Assembly: GCA_028282825.1 (NCBI GenBank)
Contig: JANQGZ010000059.1
Span: 12,281-76,280 of the forward strand
Direction of reading: 5' to 3'
Origin: SAR324 cluster bacterium
GTDB lineage: Bacteria; SAR324; XYD2-FULL-50-16
DNA: 64,000 nucleotides
Positions 56,635 to 64,000 of this stretch are shown piece after piece; positions within the stretch are counted from its first letter, which is position 1, and each line of letters begins with the position of its first letter. The position numbers were made by a program, and so were the translations under genes. Below the pieces are notes generated by a model. The model did not search any database. It had not been told where the DNA came from and saw only the letters and a list, made by a program, of their open reading frames with translations.

Positions 56635-56822
56635 TGAGAGCCCTGGTTGATAAATTAGTTACGTGATTCGGGGTTAAACAGCTTTTTTATTCGAAAATTC
56701 ATTGACCAAAGGCCGGGATTGCTGAAATCAGACCATATCCCAACCATAAAATCAACCGTATTTTAAAGTGCGTTGCTCGTTCGTTTATTCCAATAGATAC
56801 ACCAAAATCAAGCAATATTTAA

Positions 56823-56910
56823 GTGTCGTCCCTAAGGGACTTAAATGGTTAATGGAATGAATCACCAGCGGTTGACACCGCTGGCTACTTCTGTGCCATC
56901 CCTTCGGGAT
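56823..56910. repeat. Structured ~88-nt repeat, left arm of an inverted pair
   Basis: Three hairpins: GTCCC-TAA-GGGAC (56828-56840), CCAGCGG-TTGACA-CCGCTGG (56865-56884) and ATCCC-TTC-GGGAT (56898-56910). Confidence 0.6.
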
Positions 56911-57023
56911 TTAACCCATAGTCAATAATACTTCATAATTATCAATCACTTACTAATTCTAACGTTAGACATAAATACCAATTCCAAACATAGCTTCAAT
57001 CCAATGGCTTTGATTGATGACAA

Positions 57024-57109
57024 GCTCCATAGGAGCGACATATAGTAGCCAGTGGTGTAACCACTGGAACAATGCATCGCGCGGTTATAAAGTCCTGTAG
57101 GGACGACAC
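57024..57109. repeat. Structured ~86-nt repeat, right arm (reverse orientation)
   Basis: Three hairpins: GCTCC-ATA-GGAGC (57024-57036), CCAGTGG-TGTAA-CCACTGG (57049-57067) and GTCCT-GTA-GGGAC (57092-57104). It is homologous to the reverse complement of 56823-56910, with compensatory stem changes. Confidence 0.6.
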
Positions 57110-57283
57110 CATGGTGTTATCAACCCCTTCAGATTGACAAGCTATTCGAATTTTCCGGTGAACCTTTTTTCCAACTTGGATATCGACAATTATTGTGGCT
57201 TGCTTTAAGTTAGCGGGAAAAGATGGCCGGATATGCCGGTCTATCCGCCAAAGATAAATGCTTTAATCGTTTGCCAGAGGAGA

Positions 57284-57508
57284 ATGATGAAATTGGAACC
57301 CAAGGAAATCACCTGCCATCATTGCGGAGACTCTACCATGATAGAGAAAGATAGAGGCTGGTGCGAAAAATGTGGTCGCAGGATATTTTATGACCCCAAA
57401 GACCTGAAGCGCCACCAGTGGATGACCTATTATATGTATGCCGTGATTATTGGTGTTCTCGGGACAGGGTTTATACTCATCAGACGATTCTGGGATGCCT
57501 TTCAATAA
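57284..57508 (+). CDS. Small zinc-ribbon protein with a C-terminal TM helix
   Basis: MMKLEPKEITCHHCGDS...WCEKCGRRIF carries two CxxC pairs, followed by the hydrophobic YMYAVIIGVLGTGFILI. GAGGAG lies immediately upstream. Start uncertain; the listed ORF begins at 57233. Confidence 0.45.
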   Translation: MMKLEPKEITCHHCGDSTMIEKDRGWCEKCGRRIFYDPKDLKRHQWMTYYMYAVIIGVLGTGFILIRRFWDAFQ

Positions 57509-57538
57509 GCATCGATCTAATAATCTTCAGATCCACAG

Positions 57539-58036
57539 CTATTTCTTTCTTCTTTTCTTAGCACCTGACTTTTGCAGTGAATTTCTCGTTTTTGTACGTT
57601 CCCGTATAGCTTTTTGGTATTCCTTTGCCGCTTTTTCCGCCTTTGCTTGGGCTTCTTCTGCTCTGGCCTTGAAGTATGTTATGGTTTCTTTCTTCATCAA
57701 ATAATAGATCGAAGTCGAGAAAAGTAAAATGTTGATAAGCAGAACACCCACAATATTAAACTGTTTGGCTGCATAGAAAGAAACCACGAAATATACATAC
57801 CAGATGATCGCCCACCCTGTGAAAAACACACAGATAAAACGCCCCCACTTTTTTACGAAAATCAGTCCCATAAACAACATCATGGCTATGACCAAATGAG
57901 GATAAGGGAGTTCTTCCTTTAAAATGTACAAGTATGCAGTCATATAATGTGCAGCCCAGGCGACAAACACAAAGATAAACGAGCGTTGCACAGAGGAGGG
58001 TAACTCAATAAACTTCTCAAGCAATATTTTTAACAC
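57539..58036 (-). CDS. Hypothetical membrane protein with a lysine-rich C-terminal tail
   Basis: 165 aa with four hydrophobic segments, followed by KARAEEAQAKAEKAAKEYQKAIRERTKT...KKRRKK. Confidence 0.55.
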   Translation of the reverse strand: MLKILLEKFIELPSSVQRSFIFVFVAWAAHYMTAYLYILKEELPYPHLVIAMMLFMGLIFVKKWGRFICVFFTGWAIIWYVYFVVSFYAAKQFNIVGVLLINILLFSTSIYYLMKKETITYFKARAEEAQAKAEKAAKEYQKAIRERTKTRNSLQKSGAKKRRKK

Positions 58037-58284
58037 AAAGACTCCTTGTTAGAATTTGTGGGCTCAACATGAAACATTCAGGGATCAATCAGCCAAATCC
58101 TCTTTTAGTGGGAGATGACGCAATGTTAGGGAATCGGTTTTCTATTGTCAAGTTCTGTCCACACCCATTTTTGAGTGTCGTATAATACCTTCTCGTCAAC
58201 GAAATAGCTAATTCTTGACAAATGATCGCCGGTAATCGGCTATCTAATGCCATTAACTTAAGAAAAGTTGGCCAAGATGTCATT

Positions 58285-58341
58285 CTGAACGAAAGTGAAG
58301 AATTTCTCGAAGGTTCTGACAGATCCTTCACTTTCGTTCAG
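58285..58341. repeat. Long perfect hairpin (16-bp stem, 25-nt loop)
   Basis: CTGAACGAAAGTGAAG (58285-58300) pairs with CTTCACTTTCGTTCAG (58326-58341). The listed ORF 58089-58331 is read through this palindrome and is probably spurious. Confidence 0.6.
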
Positions 58342-58635
58342 GATAACAACCAATCACAGTCCCCTTAAGTTAAAGACATTTATCGGCTGTCAGCTATCGG
58401 TTTGTGGAACTGTTATTCAAAGCACCAATATTTTGTAACCAATTGGCTTATTTAGATTCCAATCTTTTTTGGGCAATTTTAATTCATCAGTTATCATTTA
58501 ATAAAATGACATTATAGAAAGCGGAGCTTTCACAAAAAACCGATAACCGATAACTCTAGTGGTCAATCAACATATGTTTCCAAGTACATTTATTAGTTAC
58601 TGATATTTAGACAGGTAGGAAGTACAAAAGGCAAA

Positions 58636-58712
58636 AATGCCATTGAAAGGGGCCATGTCTTTTAACGGATTTTTTGTAAACCCTTTAAAAGGACTTACCT
58701 TTCAATGGCATT
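58636..58712 (-). terminator. Large stem-loop with a U-run, candidate terminator of the acs-symporter transcript
   Basis: 15-bp perfect stem, AATGCCATTGAAAGG / CCTTTCAATGGCATT, with a 47-nt loop. On the minus strand the 3' arm runs into TTTTT. Confidence 0.4.
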
Positions 58713-58782
58713 ATATTTTAATGAATCCCATCCTGGTACCGAGCCGATCCAGGGATTCAATTTCAGGAATTAAAAAGCGTTG

Positions 58783-58869
58783 TTATCCCCAAACACCCCA
58801 AGTAAATGACCAAGTCAAAAGGATGCTAAAAGCGACAACACCAATCATCCACTTATCTTCAAGTTTCAT
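58783..58869 (-). CDS. 28-aa single-TM peptide ORF immediately downstream of the symporter (not in the ORF track)
   Basis: Translation: MKLEDKWMIGVVAFSILLTWSFTWGVWG. The RBS AAGGAG lies 8 nt upstream of the ATG. It starts 33 nt after the symporter stop on the same strand. Confidence 0.4.
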   Translation of the reverse strand: MKLEDKWMIGVVAFSILLTWSFTWGVWG

Positions 58870-58902
58870 AAATAGTCTCCTTAGTTAATCTACTGTTATT
58901 GG

Positions 58903-60678
58903 TTACGCTTCCTTGACCACGATCATTTGCTCGTTGTCTGCTCGCTCAATCTGTTTATCGTTGGTGGTTGACATTTCAGCCTTAAAGCAGAGAGCCCACA
59001 TCAGCACAATTCCAATAATCCACCAGACGATCTGCCAGGACCAGAGTGGAGGGAACCCGGCAAATGCAAACGCATTGTTACCCAAGAGACAAGCAGGACC
59101 GATAGCAAAAAAGTACCAGATTGGAACCAGAACTTTCATGGCAGTTCGCCATTTCTTTCCGGCTTCAGATGGTTCATCCACGCTGTCCAACCACTTTCGC
59201 ACTTCAAGTTGTCTGTCGATGGTTTCCTGTGAATCTTTAAGTCCAAGCCCTCTGCAGAGATAAGCGACTACAAGACCGGCAAAGAGCCCCCAGAACGCTG
59301 TGTGCATAGACAGTGGGTATCGATAGATAAAGTAGGTTACGAAACAGGCGGCAATGGCTGCGATCATACCCAATGTCGCCCCAATACTTGGAAACTTGAA
59401 TCCGTAATGTACCCCCAGCAACAGCAGGTACATAATGAAGCCAAAGGCGGTTGCGAAGCCTCCGATCATAACGATGGCACCTGATGCCGTTAAACTCACC
59501 ACAACTGCTGCTATGGTAATCAAGGTAGCAAATAAGCGGTTAACCCAGATCTGCTCGGCGTGACCGGCTTCCTGCTTCTTGACATAGCGCCAGTAAACAT
59601 CTCGCAGAATGATTGTTCCCCCGGTACCAATATAAGGTGCTGCCGTGGAATGCATCGCTGCAATCGCGCCCAGGAATACGATTCCCAGGACCGGACCCGG
59701 CAAGAATTTGGTCATCAGTTTTGGCACCACATCACCGGTTTCGCCAAATGTCATTTCCCCGGCCAGTTCAAGAATCTTTGCTCCCATTCCCTGGAATGCA
59801 GCAAAAAAGATCAAACAGATACCTACCACAAAGGTAGACATGAATACCTGTTGCCATGCCAGTGGTTTTGGACTCTTGATTCCGAAATTCCAAAGTGTAA
59901 ATGCCGGCGATGACTGAATACCCATCAGAGCGAACATATAGGTGAGAATCATCATCGCAGTCCAGCCCCCACCCAGGCCGAAGTTGATCAGGCCCGGAAC
60001 TTCCAGCAACTTAGGATCCATGGTTTTCAACTGGGCAGACATACCTGACCAGCCGCCGATCACATCGGATGTTACCACATAAAATCCCAGCAGCATGATA
60101 CCGCCTACCAGCAGCAAAAATTGGAGTACACCAACCCAGGTACTGGCTTTTAATCCACCGGTTACCACATAGAACCAAACAATGGCGGCCATGATGATGA
60201 TACCATAGGTCATAGGTACACCGGCAACCCATTGAAACAGAGCACCTGCGGCGATCAGCTGAATTCCGGAGTAGAAAATGGAATAGAGAAAAGCTGCCAG
60301 CACTGTCAGCCAGCGCACTGCCTCGTTGTTATAATAGTAAGCGAACATGTCACCCGGTGTGACAAATCCGTAGCGCTTACCCATTAGCCAGTTTCTCTTC
60401 GCAAAAAAGGCACCGGTAATAGGGATGGTCAGCACATAAAACGAAGCGAAGGCGTATGCGAGACCTGCACCGTGAATCAAACGCGGATGCCCGATAAAGG
60501 TCCATCCTGAAAAAGACGCTGCGGTAGCCGCCATCAAAAAAGCGATAAACGGAATGGAACGTCCTGCAATTCCGTATCCTGAGGCTGTTTTTTCTGTGAA
60601 ATAACCTCTCAGGCCCCACCAGAAAGCGTAAACAATGTAAAGACCTAAAAAAATGTAAACCCAAGTTTTTGGATCCAT
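58903..60678 (-). CDS. Sodium:solute symporter family permease
   Basis: 591 aa with about 14 TM helices. The SSS-type N-terminus is GYGIAGRSIPFIAFLMAATAASFSGWTFIG. It lies downstream of acs. Confidence 0.85.
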   Translation of the reverse strand: MDPKTWVYIFLGLYIVYAFWWGLRGYFTEKTASGYGIAGRSIPFIAFLMAATAASFSGWTFIGHPRLIHGAGLAYAFASFYVLTIPITGAFFAKRNWLMGKRYGFVTPGDMFAYYYNNEAVRWLTVLAAFLYSIFYSGIQLIAAGALFQWVAGVPMTYGIIIMAAIVWFYVVTGGLKASTWVGVLQFLLLVGGIMLLGFYVVTSDVIGGWSGMSAQLKTMDPKLLEVPGLINFGLGGGWTAMMILTYMFALMGIQSSPAFTLWNFGIKSPKPLAWQQVFMSTFVVGICLIFFAAFQGMGAKILELAGEMTFGETGDVVPKLMTKFLPGPVLGIVFLGAIAAMHSTAAPYIGTGGTIILRDVYWRYVKKQEAGHAEQIWVNRLFATLITIAAVVVSLTASGAIVMIGGFATAFGFIMYLLLLGVHYGFKFPSIGATLGMIAAIAACFVTYFIYRYPLSMHTAFWGLFAGLVVAYLCRGLGLKDSQETIDRQLEVRKWLDSVDEPSEAGKKWRTAMKVLVPIWYFFAIGPACLLGNNAFAFAGFPPLWSWQIVWWIIGIVLMWALCFKAEMSTTNDKQIERADNEQMIVVKEA

Positions 60679-60876
60679 AAAACATCTCCTTTATTAAATG
60701 ATCTAAAAGAAGTTAACAAAATCTTTAATAAAGCACGTAGGAAGTTCGGTTCGGTGTTAACAACCTTTTTGCTTCCCTATTTGCGGCAAACCAGCTCTTA
60801 ACACCGCAACTTCACGGGACAAAATCATTCGCTTGCCCCTGCTGCCGGACTAATGCCCGGCTGGTAGGTCGGGTTA

Positions 60877-62913
60877 TTAATCGGATTCGACCAGGTCCTT
60901 AATGGCATCAACCACATCAGGATTGGCAAGCGTCATTACATTGCCTACATCCCCCTTATTGGAAATCGCTCCCAGTACCCTTCGCATGATTTTGCCTGAC
61001 CGGGTCTTTGGCATGTCAGGGACAATCCAGACTCTTCTTGGTTTGGCGATTTTCCCAATTTCAGTGCAGACGGCATCTGAAATCTTTTGTGCGAGGTCAT
61101 TGGATGCTTCAAAACCCGGTTTTAAAGCAATATAGAGATCCGGTTCCTTACCCTTGATTTCATGGGCAACAGGAACTACCGCAGCTTCAGCGACCTCTTC
61201 AACAACGAGTGCGGCAGATTCGATCTCTTTCGTTCCCAGGCGATGTCCGGAAACGTTGATAACATCATCAATTCTTCCCAGGATTCTGAAATAGCCATCT
61301 TCAGCTTCCATGGCAGCATCACCCGTCAGATAGGGCCAATCTCTCCAATCCTTGCTCTTGGGATCATTGTTGTATCGGGCAAAATAAGTTTTGACAAACC
61401 TGTCACGATCCCCCCAGATGGTCTGGAATTGACCCGGCCATGGATTCTGGATACAAATATTACCGGCCCGCCCTTCACCACGCTTGATCTCTTTTCCTTC
61501 CTCATCAAAAATAATGGGATGAATTCCAGGCACGGCCGGTCCGGCACTTCCAGGCTTCATCGCTTTGATACCGGGCATGGTACTGCATAAAAAGCCTCCT
61601 GTTTCCGTCTGCCACCAGGTATCCACAATAGCTGCTTTGCCTTTTCCGACAACGTTGTAATACCATTTCCAAACTTCCGGCTCGATAGGTTCACCAACCG
61701 TAGTCATATGCTTGAACTTGAACTGGTATTTATTTGGTTCATCGGGCCCAATCTTTCTTAGTGCCCGAATGGCTGTTGGTGCGGTATGAAAAATATTGAT
61801 GTCCAACGCCTGGGCAATTCTCCAGGATCTGCCTGCATCCGGATAGGTAGGAACTCCTTCGTAGATTACTGTGGAAGCGCACAAGGACAACGGACCATAT
61901 ACAATGAAGGAATGGCCCGTTATCCAACCGATGTCTGCCATACACCAATACACATCCTCGGGATGAATATCCTGAACATATTTTGACATCGCTGTGACAT
62001 AAGCCAGGTAACCGCCTGTTCCATGCTGACACCCTTTGGGTTTACCGGTTGTTCCACTGGTATACATCAGAAACAGGGGATCTTCAGCTTTCATGGAAAC
62101 GGGTTCTACCCTGACTCCGTAAAACTCCTTCAACTTTTCATTGACAATAAAATCACGTCCGTCGACCAAGGGAGTGTCAGTTGACATTTTTCCGGGATAT
62201 CGTTGCCACACCAGAACTTTGTCAACCGTCTGACCTTCTTTTCTTGCCAGTGCACAAGCCTCATCGGCTGCTTGCTTGTGATTCAGCAATTTACCACTTC
62301 GGTAGTAGGCATCCATGGTTAGCAGGACCCTGCTTTGGGAATCCACAATTCTATCCGCACAGGCGCTGGCTGAAAATCCTCCGAATACCACGGAATGGAT
62401 AACACCGAGTCTGGCACAAGCCAGCATGGTTATTGGCAATTCAGCTGACATGGGCATGTGTATGGTTACCCTGTCACCGGTTTTCAATCCGGCAAAGTCC
62501 CTAAGCAGGGCGGCCATCTCATTAACCCGAACGTATAGTTCCTGGTAGGTAATGTGATCAATTCTTTCCTCCTCCAACTCAGGGACAAAATGGATCGCAG
62601 TTTTGTTCTTATTTTTTTCCAAATGTCTATCAATGCAATTATAGCTGGCATTTAGCCTGCCTCCAACAAACCACTTAAAACATGGAGCATCACTGGTATC
62701 CAAGGTCGTGTCCCAGTATTTATCCCAGCTCAACAGCTCGGCATACTCATTAAAACACTCCGGGAAATTATCCAGACTGAATCGCTCAAAAATGCTGCTA
62801 TCAGTCAAATTCGCCTGACCAATAAACTCTGATGAAGGATGGTAATATTCCTCTTCTCCCCAATGGACCGCAATTTGAGCTTCTGAGGTTTCAACAATGT
62901 TCTTTTCTGCCAT
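60877..62913 (-). CDS. acs: Acetyl-CoA synthetase (AMP-forming acyl-CoA ligase)
   Basis: The AMP-binding motif YTSGTTGKPKG is present, along with WWQTETGG, YLTGDAA and PKTRSGKIMRR. The Acs-type N-terminus is FKWFVGGRLNASYNCIDRHL. Confidence 0.9.
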   Translation of the reverse strand: MAEKNIVETSEAQIAVHWGEEEYYHPSSEFIGQANLTDSSIFERFSLDNFPECFNEYAELLSWDKYWDTTLDTSDAPCFKWFVGGRLNASYNCIDRHLEKNKNKTAIHFVPELEEERIDHITYQELYVRVNEMAALLRDFAGLKTGDRVTIHMPMSAELPITMLACARLGVIHSVVFGGFSASACADRIVDSQSRVLLTMDAYYRSGKLLNHKQAADEACALARKEGQTVDKVLVWQRYPGKMSTDTPLVDGRDFIVNEKLKEFYGVRVEPVSMKAEDPLFLMYTSGTTGKPKGCQHGTGGYLAYVTAMSKYVQDIHPEDVYWCMADIGWITGHSFIVYGPLSLCASTVIYEGVPTYPDAGRSWRIAQALDINIFHTAPTAIRALRKIGPDEPNKYQFKFKHMTTVGEPIEPEVWKWYYNVVGKGKAAIVDTWWQTETGGFLCSTMPGIKAMKPGSAGPAVPGIHPIIFDEEGKEIKRGEGRAGNICIQNPWPGQFQTIWGDRDRFVKTYFARYNNDPKSKDWRDWPYLTGDAAMEAEDGYFRILGRIDDVINVSGHRLGTKEIESAALVVEEVAEAAVVPVAHEIKGKEPDLYIALKPGFEASNDLAQKISDAVCTEIGKIAKPRRVWIVPDMPKTRSGKIMRRVLGAISNKGDVGNVMTLANPDVVDAIKDLVESD

Positions 62914-63119
62914 TTGTGTCTCCTAAAAACACGCCAATGCGATTGTTAAAGCGGTTTTGCCTGAATACCGCATGTTTAGATTTATTAGATTCCAGTTTGT
63001 ATCGCTGCCACAGTCGGTAATGAGAACCTCGCAGAAACCATCGTTAACTATCTTTGCATTGTTAAGGTTTGCAGCTAATGGCGATAGATTTGATGGTTAG
63101 TACATTTACTCGAAAACAA

Positions 63120-63155
63120 CCAACAGGCATACTGCCTGTTGGCCCGTTTTGTTTG
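63120..63155. terminator. Strong hairpin flanked by T-runs on both strands, about 210 nt upstream of acs
   Basis: CCAACAGGCA-TAC-TGCCTGTTGG has a 10-bp stem (63120-63142). It is followed by CCCGTTTTGTTTG on the + strand and by TTGTTTTCG on the - strand. Confidence 0.45.
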
Positions 63156-63570
63156 AGAGTTGAACAAGAACTCTCTATTGAGAACCACTCCGGCCGGCAT
63201 TATCGCCATTGAACCGGGAAAACTATGAAAACTGTACTGTCGCTTTATGGAGAAATAACTCCTGAAAGGCCAATATGACTCTCTAATTAATATAGAATTT
63301 GACCTTGAGAAAATTCTCTGAGGTCTGAGTATCATCAATTTTTGATCAGTGTCAAGTTTTTAACTTTTTATGAATTTTTTGTGATTAAGTTACTCAAAAA
63401 ATCCGGGCTAATTATTACCTATTGGGCCTTCATCATATTTATTAGATATGAATATTGCGGTCAGATTCCTAACAAAAGATTAGAAGGCAGGCAAACTAAT
63501 GGAATAAAATATCCTCTTTTAAATTAGTATTTTATAATGGATGCTATATTTTAGAGTCACACGATCAACT

Positions 63571-63874
63571 CGATATTCGGCACTCAAAATCAGTTCCTGG
63601 CTTTGCCAATATGTTTGTATTCTGAAGATTTGCATATTTTTTAATATGCTGTTTATATTGACTTTTATATATTTTACCATTTGATGAATTCAAAGATATT
63701 CGGCACAAAAATCATACAACCCCATTTTAACCAGGCTGGATTATTACACTGTTTTTATACGGCTTTATCGTCTTTTGTGGTTTAAAAAACCGATATTCGG
63801 AACACAATTTGTATTTTTTTGGAGTGACGGATGGTAAGTTATTAATTTTTAATAGCCAAGTCGATTTTCGGAAC
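63571..63874 (+). repeat. Four direct copies of a 12-13-nt motif (C)GATATTCGG(C/A)AC
   Basis: Copies lie at 63571-63583, 63695-63706, 63791-63803 and 63862-63874 (the last reads GATTTTCGGAAC). All are in the same orientation with an A/T-rich extension. Spacings are 123, 97 and 71 nt. A possible degenerate copy lies at 63451-63463. Confidence 0.6.
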
Positions 63875-64000
63875 ATTTTGTTGACATATTTGCATCAGAA
63901 ATGAGTAATTGTTGAAAACCACCGCCTTTTAAAAAACCCGCATTAATTAAATATTCCATTGCATTCTAAAAAGGGAATGCGATGCATGACGACATGTTTT

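Noticed and set aside
58089-58331. 80-aa ORF on the minus strand
   Set aside because: It is read straight through the 16-bp perfect palindrome and adjacent repeat sequence, has no RBS, and has a repeat-derived composition.
58637-58888. 83-aa ORF on the + strand
   Set aside because: It starts inside the large stem-loop, lies antisense to the well-supported 28-aa peptide ORF with its RBS, and matches no recognisable family.
60679-60876. 23-codon ORF and 8-bp inverted repeat GGTGTTAA..TTAACACC between acs and the symporter, considered as a leader peptide or attenuator
   Set aside because: The ORF has no convincing RBS. The stem has a 37-nt loop and no U-run. The evidence is insufficient to call a regulatory element.
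63075-63338. 87-aa ORF upstream of acs on the minus strand
   Set aside because: It is A/T-rich with odd composition and no RBS, and its 3' end runs through the terminator-like hairpin. It is more likely non-coding leader or intergenic DNA.
63571-63874. Possible CRISPR array
   Set aside because: The repeat unit is only 12-13 nt (about 20 nt with the degenerate tail). Spacers are 58-110 nt and irregular. No cas genes are present in the window.
63571-63874. GGCAC inside each repeat read as a sigma-54 -24 element
   Set aside because: No TTGC-type -12 element follows at the required spacing in any copy.
1-64000. tRNA, rRNA, transposase, integrase or phage genes
   Set aside because: Reading both strands, I found no T-loop/acceptor-type sequence (GGTTCGAATCC-like with a matching stem), no rRNA-like conserved blocks and no DDE/tyrosine-recombinase-like ORF. 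This was a by-eye scan. tRNAscan-SE or Infernal should confirm it.

Overview
This is a gene-dense bacterial chromosomal window of roughly 40-45% G+C by eye. Gene content fits an anaerobic Desulfobacterota-like organism, but the taxon cannot be proven from the sequence. I saw no rRNA, tRNA, CRISPR array, transposase, integrase or phage structural gene. All domain calls are by-eye motif recognition and start codons are best guesses.

The left third (1-16 kb) looks accessory:
- three paralogous AAA+ ATPase/DUF4143-type (PD-(D/E)xK-like) genes;
- an intact parDE module and two decayed PIN-toxin remnants beside an RHH antitoxin;
- a visibly more G+C-rich insert carrying a GNAT and an SRPBCC gene;
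- pstSCAB, an MFS transporter, an SDR and a GNAT.

The middle (16-40 kb) carries mostly ordinary genes:
- a TetR gene plus an orphan NrfD-type membrane subunit with a perfect palindromic operator;
- an MCP, an RNHCP-domain gene with rsgA, and MarR/LysR-controlled small operons;
- trkAH, an unlisted DUF1127 ORF, ppc, a csp gene and a DUF362-lipoprotein pair.

The right third (40-63 kb) holds:
- a 1930-aa Ser/Thr-kinase / AAA-STAND / GAF / PAS / His-kinase giant and sbcDC;
- an acetate-type locus of acs, a sodium:solute symporter and a symporter-fused histidine kinase.

The most interesting candidate is the unit at 50989-56634. It encodes a symporter-kinase, a receiver-only regulator, and a membrane HAMP-PAS protein with a degenerate kinase core fused to a DEDDh exonuclease. 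This looks like a two-component pathway whose apparent output is a nuclease.

Intergenic DNA is unusually long and full of repeats:
- a dispersed family of 7-nt tandem repeats ending in a GTTGC-TTC-GCAAC hairpin;
- a 334-bp MITE-like insertion;
- an inverted pair of ~85-nt structured repeats with compensatory substitutions;
- four direct GATATTCGGMAC repeats near the window end.
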